Source: Longivirga aurantiaca
Lineage (GTDB): Bacteria; Actinomycetota; Actinomycetes; S36-B12; CAIYMF01
Length of the DNA: 32,000 nt
Assembly (NCBI RefSeq): GCF_042660085.1
Contig: NZ_JBHSTI010000008.1
Coordinates: 750,001 to 782,000, forward strand
Direction of reading: 5' to 3'
The position numbers and the translations under genes are program-made. The notes beneath the pieces were generated by a model. That model was given only the letters and a program-made list of their open reading frames with translations. It was not told the origin of the DNA and did no database searches. Positions 1 to 7,659 of the stretch are shown here, in pieces; the stretch's first letter is position 1, and every line of letters starts with the position of its first letter.

Positions 1-1
1 G

Positions 2-1282
2 GTCGACACGCATGTGCACCTGCTCTCGCCGCGGGTGATGGAGGCGGCGCTCGCGAGCGGCGTCACGACCGTGATCGGCCAGGAGTTCGGCCCGTTCTGG
101 GGCGTCGGCGTCAACGCTGCCGCGCCCCTGCGCACGGCGTACGCCGCCTTCGACGCGTACCCCATCAACGTCGGTCTGCTCGGCCGAGGCTCGGCCAGCC
201 GCACCGGCACCATGCTCGAGGGCATCGAGGCCGGTGTCTGCGGCTTCAAGGTGCACGAGGACACCGGCGCGCACCTGCGCTCGCTCGACACCTGCCTCAC
301 GGTGGCCGAGGAGCACGACGTGCAGGTGGCCGTGCACACCGACGGCCTCAACGAGGGCCTGTCCGTCGACGACACGCTCGCGGTGTCGGACGGCCGGGTC
401 TTCCACGCGTACCACGTGGAGGGCTGCGGCGGCGGGCACACGCCCGACGTGCTGCGCCTCGCCGGCGTCCCGCACGTGCTCGCGTCGTCGACCAACCCCA
501 CGCTGCCGTACGGCCGCGACGCGGTCGCCGAGCACTTCGCGATGATCATGACGGTGCACGCGCTCAAGCCCGACCTCCCGGGCGACGCCGACATCGTCCG
601 CGCCCGCGTGCGCGCCGCAACGATGGCGGCGGAGAACGTGCTGCACGACCGCGGCGTCATCCCGATCACGAGCAGCGACGCCCAGGGCATGGGGCGGGCG
701 GGCGAGACCGTGCGGCGCACCTTCCAGCTCGCGTCGGTGCTGAAGCCTGCGGACGACGACAGCCCGCACGACAACGACCGCGTGCTGCGCTACCTCGCGA
801 AGCTCACGATCAACCCCGCTCTGGCGCACGGGCTCTCGCACGAGGTCGGCTCGCTGCAGCCGGGTCGGATGGCCGACATCGTGCTGTGGTCGCCCGCGAC
901 GTTCGGCGCCAAGCCCTACCTGGTGCTGAAGTCGGGGCTGCCGGCCTGGGGCACGGTCGGCGACCCGAACTCGGTCATCGACATCGCCGAGCCTCGCCAG
1001 ATCGCCGCGCAGTTCGGCGGCATCGGCGGTGCCGCGGTCGACCTCGCCGTCGTCTTCACCAACCGCGCCGCGGTCGACTCCGGCAGCGACGTGTTCCCCA
1101 CCCGCCGTCGCCGCGTGGCCGTGCGGGGCTGCCGCGATGTCGGGCTCGGCTCGATGGTCGGGCACCGTGCGTCGGCGTCCGTCGTGGTGGACCCGCGCGG
1201 GGGAGAGGTGCACCTCGACGGCGAACGCCTCGCCATGGACCCCGTGCAGCAGGTGCCGCTCTCGCGGCTGTACTTCCTGTAG
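2..1282 (+). CDS. ureC: Urease alpha subunit (amidohydrolase), 5'-truncated by the window edge
   Basis: The frame is open from nt 2. The translation VDTHVHLLSP, GFKVHEDTG, AVHTDGLNE, HAYHVEGCGGGHTPD, SSTNPTLPYG, SSDAQGMGRAGE and the C-terminal RLYFL follow the conserved urease alpha blocks. GC3 is very high. Stop TAG at 1280-1282. Confidence 0.9.
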   Translation, partial: VDTHVHLLSPRVMEAALASGVTTVIGQEFGPFWGVGVNAAAPLRTAYAAFDAYPINVGLLGRGSASRTGTMLEGIEAGVCGFKVHEDTGAHLRSLDTCLTVAEEHDVQVAVHTDGLNEGLSVDDTLAVSDGRVFHAYHVEGCGGGHTPDVLRLAGVPHVLASSTNPTLPYGRDAVAEHFAMIMTVHALKPDLPGDADIVRARVRAATMAAENVLHDRGVIPITSSDAQGMGRAGETVRRTFQLASVLKPADDDSPHDNDRVLRYLAKLTINPALAHGLSHEVGSLQPGRMADIVLWSPATFGAKPYLVLKSGLPAWGTVGDPNSVIDIAEPRQIAAQFGGIGGAAVDLAVVFTNRAAVDSGSDVFPTRRRRVAVRGCRDVGLGSMVGHRASASVVVDPRGGEVHLDGERLAMDPVQQVPLSRLYFL

Positions 1283-1912
1283 TCAGGCGGTGTGCGGCCC
1301 GATGCCGAGCGCACCGATCACAGTGCGCGTGAGCGTCTCGACGAACGCGTCGTCGACATCCTCCCCGCGCACGAGCATGCGGTGCAGCAGGGTGCCGGCG
1401 AGGACGTCGAAGAGCAGGTCGGCCTGGGTGTCGGCTGCCGCAGCGTCGATATCCCCGCGCTCGACGCCCATCGCGAGCCGCTCGGCGATCATCGTGCGGG
1501 CGGGCCCGAGCACCTGGACGTCGACCGCACGCCGCAGGTCGGCGTCGCGGCCGGTCTCGGCGAGCACCGCGAGGTAGGCGGCGCGGGCTGCCGGGAGCCG
1601 GTAGACGTCGGCGGTCGCGAGGATCGAGCGGCGCACCTGCTCCTCCGGCGCGCAGTCCGGGTCGATCGGCACCATCGCGGCCTCGACGAGCTGCGCCACC
1701 GCCGCCACCGCGAGGTCGGTGCGCGAGGAGAAGCGGCGGTAGACGGTCGTCTTGGCCACGCCTGCGCGGGCGGCGACGCCCTCGATCGTCAGCGCCGCCC
1801 AGCCGTGCTCGGCCAGGAGCTCGCGGGTGGCGTCGAGGATCGCGGCATCGGCCTCGGACGACCGCGGCCGACCGCGCGGCGGCGCGGTGGCGGGGGAGGG
1901 CGATGCGTTCAT
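1283..1912 (-). CDS. TetR/AcrR family transcriptional regulator
   Basis: 209 aa. The N-terminal HTH block ILDATRELLAEHGWAALTIEGVAARAGVAKTTVYRRFSSRTDL is typical of TetR. SD GGGAGG lies 8 nt upstream of the ATG. Its stop codon abuts the ureC stop with 0 nt between them. Confidence 0.9.
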   Translation of the reverse strand: MNASPSPATAPPRGRPRSSEADAAILDATRELLAEHGWAALTIEGVAARAGVAKTTVYRRFSSRTDLAVAAVAQLVEAAMVPIDPDCAPEEQVRRSILATADVYRLPAARAAYLAVLAETGRDADLRRAVDVQVLGPARTMIAERLAMGVERGDIDAAAADTQADLLFDVLAGTLLHRMLVRGEDVDDAFVETLTRTVIGALGIGPHTA

Positions 1913-1974
1913 CGGGCCGAGCCTCCCACGGACGTGCGGTCGCCGTTCAGGTGGACACAGCGATGGTTTATAGA

Positions 1975-1990
1975 TACGCTACGAAGCGTA
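1975..1990. promoter_or_regulatory. Inverted repeat TACGCT-acga-AGCGTA, candidate TetR operator
   Basis: A 6-4-6 inverted repeat sits in the locally AT-richer divergent region between the TetR gene and the small ORF at 2022 (ggtttatagaTACGCTacgaAGCGTAgtgatagtcc). Confidence 0.4.
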
Positions 1991-2021
1991 GTGATAGTCC
2001 ATCGATCCTGAGGAGGCCGTC

Positions 2022-2195
2022 ATGGCCACCACCGAGCTCCGCGCTGTGTCCACCACGACCAGCACCGCCGTGGTCGCCCCGACCCGCCCGTGGGTCGCTC
2101 CGGCCGTCGCCGCATCCGTCGGTGCCCTCGCCGCTGTCGCCACCGCCTGGTGGGTCGCCGGCCTCGAGCTGACGATGCGCACCGTCGGCTTCTGA
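2022..2195 (+). CDS. Small (57 aa) single-TM membrane protein, absent from the ORF track because it is under 60 aa
   Basis: ATG is preceded by a perfect SD AGGAGG (2011-2016, 5-nt spacer). Nearly every codon ends in G/C. The translation is MATTELRAVSTTTSTAVVAPTRPWVAPAVAASVGALAAVATAWWVAGLELTMRTVGF, with one hydrophobic helix. It is divergent from the TetR gene. Confidence 0.55.
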   Translation: MATTELRAVSTTTSTAVVAPTRPWVAPAVAASVGALAAVATAWWVAGLELTMRTVGF

Positions 2196-2247
2196 CCGGC
2201 GCACCCCGGCGCCGTGCGCGGGCTGCACCGCATAGGACAATGACGCC

Positions 2248-3207
2248 GTGAGCACGCCGAACCCCGCTGCCCGGGTCCCGCTCCGCGGGGCCGTCGACCT
2301 GGCCGCCGTCGCTGCGGCCCGTGAGGCCCAGGCCAAGGCCGAGGAGCGCCTCGCCCAGCAGGGCGGCGCCCCGACGTCGTCCGCGCTCGTCCTCGACGTG
2401 GACGAGGCCGGCTTCCAGGAGGTCGTCGACCTCTCCTTCCGGGTGCCCGTCGTCATCGACTTCTGGGCGACCTGGTGCGAGCCGTGCAAGGCCCTCTCGC
2501 CGATCCTCGAGCGCCTCGCGCTGCAGGACGCCGGTCGCTGGGTGCTCGTGAAGGTCGACGTCGACGCCAACCCGCGCATCGGCCAGGCCTTCCAGGTGCA
2601 GTCGATCCCCGCGATCTTCGCGATCGTGAAGGGCCAGCCCGTCCCGCTCTTCCAGGGCGCGCTGCCCGAGCCCGAGGTGCGCCAGTACCTCGACGAGCTC
2701 ATGCGCGTCGCCGAGGCCAACGGCGTCACCGGCCGCATCGATCCCGAGGGTGCCGTCGAGGGCGACGCCGAGACTGTGCTCGACGACGAGCCCGTGGGCG
2801 ACCCTCGCTTCGACGCGGCGTACGACGCGATCGAGAACGGCGACTGGGACGCCGCGGAGGCGGCCTACCAGGCCGTGCTGTCGCAGACACCGGCCGACGT
2901 TGACGCCAAGGCGGGCCTCGCCCAGGTGGCGCTGCTGCGTCGAACCGAGGGCGCCGATCCCGAGACGGCACTCGCCGCCGCCGAGGCCGCGCCCGACTCG
3001 CTCGAGGCCCAGGCGCTCGCGGCCGACCTCGAGCTGCTCACGGGGCGCGTCGACGAGTCGTTCGACCGGATCATCGCGCTTGTCCGGCGTACGTCGGGTG
3101 ACGAGCGCGCGGCCGCCCGCGACCACCTGCTCGGGCTGTTCCTGCTCGTCGGCGACGACCCTCGCGTGACCCGCGCCCGCGCCGCCCTCGCGAGCGCCCT
3201 CTTCTAG
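2248..3207 (+). CDS. Thioredoxin-domain / TPR co-chaperone-like protein (YbbN/CnoX-like)
   Basis: 319 aa. It has a thioredoxin fold with the active-site-like FWATWCEPCKALSP, followed by an Ala/Leu-rich helical repeat C-terminal half typical of the Trx-TPR fusion family. GTG start with GACAAT 6 nt upstream. Confidence 0.85.
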   Translation: MSTPNPAARVPLRGAVDLAAVAAAREAQAKAEERLAQQGGAPTSSALVLDVDEAGFQEVVDLSFRVPVVIDFWATWCEPCKALSPILERLALQDAGRWVLVKVDVDANPRIGQAFQVQSIPAIFAIVKGQPVPLFQGALPEPEVRQYLDELMRVAEANGVTGRIDPEGAVEGDAETVLDDEPVGDPRFDAAYDAIENGDWDAAEAAYQAVLSQTPADVDAKAGLAQVALLRRTEGADPETALAAAEAAPDSLEAQALAADLELLTGRVDESFDRIIALVRRTSGDERAAARDHLLGLFLLVGDDPRVTRARAALASALF

Positions 3208-3215
3208 CGGCACTG

Positions 3216-3240
3216 CCGGACGCCGCGCGCACGGCGCCGG
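3216..3240 (+). terminator. GC-rich hairpin just after the Trx-TPR stop (possible terminator, no U-tract)
   Basis: The sequence ccgg(a)cgccg-cgcgca-cggcgccgg forms a 9-bp stem with one bulged A and a 6-nt loop, starting 9 nt after the stop codon. Confidence 0.35.
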
Positions 3241-3387
3241 CCCCGAGACCGGGCATGCCGTGGAGCCAGGACGGTCCGAGCAGACGTGCCGAGTGGGAGC
3301 GTGCCTGAGCACGGGGACGGGAAGCCGCACACGTCACAGGCTGAGCAGTCGCATGCCGGATCTCCCCGGTGAAGACTGGAGGTGGAA

Positions 3388-3409
3388 CAGTCGACTCGCG
3401 AGTCGACTG
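3388..3409. promoter_or_regulatory. Perfect 22-bp palindrome CAGTCGACTCGCGAGTCGACTG upstream of the lipoprotein gene
   Basis: The sequence is identical to its own reverse complement when read directly. It lies 36-57 nt upstream of ATG 3445. It could be an operator or a 5'-UTR hairpin. Confidence 0.45.
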
Positions 3410-3444
3410 GGCCGGTGGGGGCCGGGCCGCCAGGTAGGACGTGG

Positions 3445-4047
3445 ATGATGAAGCGTCTCGCTCTTGGATGGTGCGTCTGCGCACTGGTGCTGGCCGGGTG
3501 CGGCACATCCGGCAGAGGCCCAGCCACCCCGACGGCAGACTCGACGCCGACAGCACCGAGGCCCGTGGCGACCAGCAGCGCTGCGCCTCACCAGGCGGGG
3601 CCCGCAGAGCCACCACTTCTCGTGGTGCCGGGCTACGGGTACGAGGACCTCACAGCTGGCCAGGCCGAAGCCCTTCGTGACCTGCGAATATGCGGGCAGA
3701 TCAACGATGGTCACCCGGGGGCCTGCGTCGCGGAATCGGGGCACAACGTCCACGGACCGAACGCAGGGTGGATCACCATCTTCGAGGTCTCGCTGCGCTC
3801 CGACCAGGTGCCTGCAGGGTTCGGCAGTTCGTGGACTGACGGATACGCACGGAAGTGCGAGTCGGAAGGTGCCACCGTGCAGATCCAGATGATGTCCACG
3901 GAGAGGGTCGTCCATGCGGCATCGCCTGCGGGCGGTCACCTGTACGCGTGGGTCCACGACGACATGATCACGATCGTGGTGGGCGAGACTGCCGACGACA
4001 CCGAGGCGTTCACCACCTCCTATCTCTTCGCAGCTCACATGGTCTGA
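3445..4047 (+). CDS. Lipoprotein of unknown function
   Basis: The N-terminus MMKRLALGWCVCALVLAGCGTSG is a signal peptide with the lipobox LAGC. SD AGGA lies 5 nt upstream. The Pro/Thr/Ala linker after the Cys is typical of actinobacterial lipoproteins. I prefer the start at 3445 over the track start at 3382. Confidence 0.7.
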   Translation: MMKRLALGWCVCALVLAGCGTSGRGPATPTADSTPTAPRPVATSSAAPHQAGPAEPPLLVVPGYGYEDLTAGQAEALRDLRICGQINDGHPGACVAESGHNVHGPNAGWITIFEVSLRSDQVPAGFGSSWTDGYARKCESEGATVQIQMMSTERVVHAASPAGGHLYAWVHDDMITIVVGETADDTEAFTTSYLFAAHMV

Positions 4048-4188
4048 CGCGACGGTGATCGTCGAGGCGATGCACGTGAGCATGGACGCCGACGCCGCCG
4101 ACGCCGCCGCCGACGTCTCCCTGGCCACGCCGCCCCGCAGCCCTCACCCGTTCCCGGCAAGGGGCCGGAGCCATGTCCGGGAGAGGGA

Positions 4189-5163
4189 TCAAGGCGTGCG
4201 GCGGGGGCTCGCGTCGTAGGCGCTGTCGTCGTACGACCGCTCGTCCTCGCGCGGCTCGACGTGGGTGCTGACCTCGACGCCGTCGAGCGCGGCCTTGAGG
4301 TCGGCCTCGACCACCTCGACGACATCGTGCGCCTGCTGCACCGACCAGGCCCCGGGCACGAGCACGTGCACGGCGACGAACCGGTGGCGGCCGCTCGTGC
4401 GCGTCTGCAGGCCGTGGAAGTCGACGTCGGCGCTGCGGTGCGCCTCGAGGACCGAGGTGACCACCTCGAGCTCGCCGGGGCTGAGCGCGGCGTCGAGCAG
4501 GGCGGACGTCGAGTGCGAGACGAGCTTGGCGCCCGTCACGAGGATGTTCAGGGCGACGGCGATCGCGACGATCGCATCGAGCTGGAGCCAGCCCGTGATC
4601 GCCACGAGCAGCACGCCGACGACGACGCCGGCCGAGGTCCAGACGTCGGTCATGAGGTGCTTGCCGTCGGCGGTGAGCGTGGCCGAGCGGTGCTGGCGGC
4701 CCACGCGGATCAGCAGCAGCCCGACGAATCCGTTGATACCTGTGGCGACCAGCGAGATCGCGAGACCGATGCCGAGGCTCTCGAGCTCGACCGGGTTGAG
4801 CAGCCGCTGCACGGCGGTCACGAGGATCACGGCGGCGGCCACGAAGATCATGAGGCCCTCGATGGCGGCGCTGAAGTACTCCGCCTTGCCGTGCCCGTAG
4901 TGGTGCTCGGCGTCCGGCGGGCGGGCCGCCACCGTGAGCGCGACGAGCGCGATCACGGCGGCGACCAGGTTCACCACGGACTCAGCGGCATCCGACAGCA
5001 GGCCGACCGACCCGGTGATCCACCAGGCGCCGGTCTTGAGCGCGATCGTCGCGAGAGCTGCCGCGATCGACAGCCACGCGTACTTCGTGAGGTTCACGGC
5101 TCCCGAGGGAGCGGTGCCGTGAGGGGCCTCCTGCGGCTCGGACATGCCCTCAGCCTGCCCCAC
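4189..5163 (-). CDS. Cation diffusion facilitator (CDF) family divalent-metal efflux transporter
   Basis: 324 aa with six predicted TM segments. It carries the CDF signature LLSDAAESVVNL ... HYGHGKAEYFSAAIEGLMIF and a C-terminal cytoplasmic domain (HGLQTRTSGRHRFVAVHVLVP). The start is uncertain: GTG 5163 or ATG 5145. Confidence 0.88.
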   Translation of the reverse strand: MGQAEGMSEPQEAPHGTAPSGAVNLTKYAWLSIAAALATIALKTGAWWITGSVGLLSDAAESVVNLVAAVIALVALTVAARPPDAEHHYGHGKAEYFSAAIEGLMIFVAAAVILVTAVQRLLNPVELESLGIGLAISLVATGINGFVGLLLIRVGRQHRSATLTADGKHLMTDVWTSAGVVVGVLLVAITGWLQLDAIVAIAVALNILVTGAKLVSHSTSALLDAALSPGELEVVTSVLEAHRSADVDFHGLQTRTSGRHRFVAVHVLVPGAWSVQQAHDVVEVVEADLKAALDGVEVSTHVEPREDERSYDDSAYDASPRRTP

Positions 5164-5202
5164 CCGCGGGCGGGTTGGCGCCTCAGGCGACCCTCACCCC
5201 GT

Positions 5203-6300
5203 TCAGCGCCCGGACGGCACCTGCTGCGTGATGCAGTGGACGTTTCCGCCGCCGAGCAGGATCTCCCGGCCCGGCACCGTGAGGATGCGTCGGTCGGGGA
5301 AGAGCTCCTCGTACGCCGCGACAGCAGCGGCGTCGTTCGGATCGTCGAAGACGGGAAGGACGACGATGCCGTTGCCGACGTAGGAGTTCACGTACGACCC
5401 GGCGAGCCGCTCGCCGGCCTCGCGCGGCTGGCTCCCCGGCACCACGTCGATCCCGGCGGCCTCCTCCTCCGTCATGTGCAGCGGCCCGGGCTGCGCGAGC
5501 TTCACCACCCGCAGGGGCCGGCCCTGGGCGTCCGTGGCCGCCTCGAGGACGGCGAGCGCCTCGGCGCTGCGCGCGTGCTGCGGGTCGCTCTCGTCGTCGG
5601 TCCAGGTCAGCATCACGACCCCGGGAGCGGCGAACCGCGCCATGTTGTCGACGTGGCCGTCGGTCTCGTCGAGGTGGACGCCGCGGGGGAGCCAGATCAC
5701 CTTCGTCGTGCCGAGGTGGGCGTGCAGCAGCGACTCGATCTGCTCGCGGGTGAGGTCGGGGTTGCGGTTGGGGTTGAGCAGGCACTCCTCGGTGGTGAGC
5801 ACCGTGCCCTCGCCGTCGACGTCGATCGAGCCGCCCTCGAGGACCAGGTCGGGCTGGTAGACGGGCACCCGCTCGAGGTCGCAGACCTTGGGGCCGACGA
5901 GGTCGTCGGCGTCCCACGGGAAGTAGAGGCCGCCGCGCAGGCCGCCCCAGGCGTTGAACCGCCACGACACCCCGCGCACCGCGCCGTCGCCGTCGCGGAC
6001 GAAGGTCGGGCCGGTATCGCGCACCCACGCGTCGTTCGTGGTGGTCTCGACCAGCCGGACGTGCGGCGGGAGCTGGCCGCGGGCGTTCTGGTACTGCCGG
6101 TGCGAGACGAGCACGGTGACCGGCTCGGCCGTCGCGATCGTCTCGATGAGCTGCCGCCACACGCGCTGGGCCGGCTTCGCGCCGTCGCGCCAGTTGTCCG
6201 TGCGCTCGGGCCAGACCAGGAAGCAGCCGGCGTGGTCGTCCCACTCGCCCGGCATCCGGAAGCCGTCGGCGGCGGGCAGGCTGCTCAGGGTCTGCGACAT
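5203..6300 (-). CDS. aguA: Agmatine deiminase (PAD_porph family)
   Basis: 365 aa running from MSQTLSSLPAADGFRMPGEWDDHAGCFLVWP to LLGGGNVHCITQQVPSGR. Internal blocks NDAWVRDTGPTFV, VLEGGSIDVDGEGT and ETDGHVDN match AguA. The 754-aa track ORF runs on upstream through non-coding and antisense sequence. Confidence 0.9.
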   Translation of the reverse strand: MSQTLSSLPAADGFRMPGEWDDHAGCFLVWPERTDNWRDGAKPAQRVWRQLIETIATAEPVTVLVSHRQYQNARGQLPPHVRLVETTTNDAWVRDTGPTFVRDGDGAVRGVSWRFNAWGGLRGGLYFPWDADDLVGPKVCDLERVPVYQPDLVLEGGSIDVDGEGTVLTTEECLLNPNRNPDLTREQIESLLHAHLGTTKVIWLPRGVHLDETDGHVDNMARFAAPGVVMLTWTDDESDPQHARSAEALAVLEAATDAQGRPLRVVKLAQPGPLHMTEEEAAGIDVVPGSQPREAGERLAGSYVNSYVGNGIVVLPVFDDPNDAAAVAAYEELFPDRRILTVPGREILLGGGNVHCITQQVPSGR

Positions 6301-6383
6301 GGCCGTCAGGGTGCCATGCGCGTCGGCGCCGCCGACCTCGGGGGAGCCGGTGAACGTCGACAGAAGGTGAGGTGAACGCTCAC

Positions 6384-6400
6384 CCGGATGGTCCATCCGG
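6384..6400. promoter_or_regulatory. 17-bp palindrome CCGGATGG-t-CCATCCGG in the aguA / ATP-grasp divergent region
   Basis: A perfect 8-1-8 inverted repeat lies immediately upstream of the putative promoter (-10 TACAGT at 6427-6432) of the ATP-grasp operon. Confidence 0.35.
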
Positions 6401-6438
6401 CCGATGAAACCCCTGTGACGCACACGTACAGTGACCGT

Positions 6439-7659
6439 ATGAGGAAACGCCCGTTGGTCGTCTTCCTCGACTCGTACTCGTGGCAGGCCTTCACCGACCT
6501 CGCCGGAGGGCTGCGGCAGCGAGGGATCCGGGTCGCCCGGGTCGGGTCGCGCACGCGGTCGCCGCGCGTCCTGCTCATGCAGACGATCGAGTCGTGGGTC
6601 TACGGCCGCACCCGTGGTCGCGTCGAGGGCGGTGTGCTGCTCGGACGCCCGGCCGAGCTCTCGCTCGCCGACCTCCGCGCCGCCGTGCCCCAGGACGCCG
6701 CGGACGTGCAGATGCAGGAGGACCTCATCGGGTTCGGCATGGCCGACGCCGGCGGCCCCGCCGACATCAGTCGCAGGGTCCGGGCGGACGTCGACCCGCG
6801 CGTGCTCGTGGACAAGTGGGTCCAGGGCGAGTGGGCCGAGCGCGCCGGCGTGCCGACGCCCCGCACGTGGGAGGGGCCCGTCTCCGAGGAGTACCCGGTC
6901 GTCGTGAAGACGCGGGTGGGCTTCGGCGGCAACGGCGTGCGCGTGGTCCGCGACGGCGACGCCCTGGCCGACGCCTGGGCGGAGCTCACCGGGCCAGACG
7001 GCCAGCCGCCCTTCCTGCAGGAGTGCCTCACCCCGTCGCTGCACACCGGCGGCGTCGCCCTCGACGGCGAGACGCTCATCAACGTGGCCTACGACGGCCG
7101 CCCCGCGCCCGACGACCCCACGGGTCCGCCGTACACGGTGTTCGCGGTCCGCGACGCCCAGGTCGTGCAGGCGACCGAGCGGTTCCTCGCCGAGATCGGC
7201 TACACCGGCTTCTTCTGCTTCGACTGGGTCGCCGACGACGACGGCACGCTGAAGCTCATCGACTTCAACTCCCGCGTGTTCGGCTCCTGGCCGGCCCTTC
7301 AGGAGCTCGGCTTCGACTTCCTGTCGGCCTACGCCCACGTGCTGGGTGCCGGGCCTCGACCGGCGACCTCGGTGGGCCGGTACGACGAGCCGACGACGAC
7401 GCTGCGCTACCCGTGCCCGGACACCTCGTCGCGCGAGGCCGTCGAGCGCTGGCGCGACGAGACGCACCAGATCGTCCGCCGCCGCCGGTCCCTGCTGGGC
7501 AGCCGCTGGGCCACCGTGATCCGCATCCGCACCGCGCTGGGCACGGCCCGTGCGCTGCGCAAGCTGCGGGGCGGCTCGGGCTCGGCCCCGGCCACGCCCG
7601 ACGACGCCGCGGGCGGCCGGCCAGCGGGTGGGTCGCTGACCTCCTCGAGCGCCGCGTGA
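6439..7659 (+). CDS. ATP-grasp domain protein (carboxylate-amine ligase type), substrate unknown
   Basis: 406 aa. ATP-grasp blocks are present: DKWVQGEWAERAGVPTP, YPVVVKTRVGFGGNGVRVV, PPFLQECL, GFFCFDWVADDDGTLKLIDFNSRVFGS. ATG 6439 is preceded by TACAGT plus 6 nt (leaderless geometry), so I prefer it over the track start at 6388. Confidence 0.75.
   Translation: MRKRPLVVFLDSYSWQAFTDLAGGLRQRGIRVARVGSRTRSPRVLLMQTIESWVYGRTRGRVEGGVLLGRPAELSLADLRAAVPQDAADVQMQEDLIGFGMADAGGPADISRRVRADVDPRVLVDKWVQGEWAERAGVPTPRTWEGPVSEEYPVVVKTRVGFGGNGVRVVRDGDALADAWAELTGPDGQPPFLQECLTPSLHTGGVALDGETLINVAYDGRPAPDDPTGPPYTVFAVRDAQVVQATERFLAEIGYTGFFCFDWVADDDGTLKLIDFNSRVFGSWPALQELGFDFLSAYAHVLGAGPRPATSVGRYDEPTTTLRYPCPDTSSREAVERWRDETHQIVRRRRSLLGSRWATVIRIRTALGTARALRKLRGGSGSAPATPDDAAGGRPAGGSLTSSSAA

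Noticed and set aside
3260-3448. 62-aa ORF in the Trx-TPR/lipoprotein intergenic region, and a possible sRNA or riboswitch there
   Set aside because: The ORF has many A/T-ending codons (cca, gga, cga, aca, cgt, agt, gat, ggt, gaa, gta) and no SD. I could not match the region to any riboswitch or sRNA family I know. Only the 22-bp palindrome is reported.
4085-4115. Incrementing trinucleotide pattern GAC(GCC)1 GAC(GCC)2 GAC(GCC)3 GAC, and a possible 46-codon ORF from ATG 4082
   Set aside because: It is short and lies in a convergent intergenic gap. The ORF lacks a convincing SD and runs into the 3' end of the CDF gene on the opposite strand. GCC/GAC runs are expected in this composition. It is probably non-functional or slippage-derived.
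5164-5202. Metal (NiCo/czcD-type) riboswitch in front of the CDF transporter
   Set aside because: Only about 39-57 nt separate the aguA stop from the CDF start, which is too short for such an aptamer. The CDF gene is probably co-transcribed with aguA.
4261-7467. 704-aa plus-strand ORF (4261-6375) and the 754-aa extension of aguA (to 7467)
   Set aside because: The first is antisense to the CDF and aguA genes. The second is aguA plus an upstream read-through antisense to ATP-grasp 1. AguA homology begins at MSQTLSS (6300).
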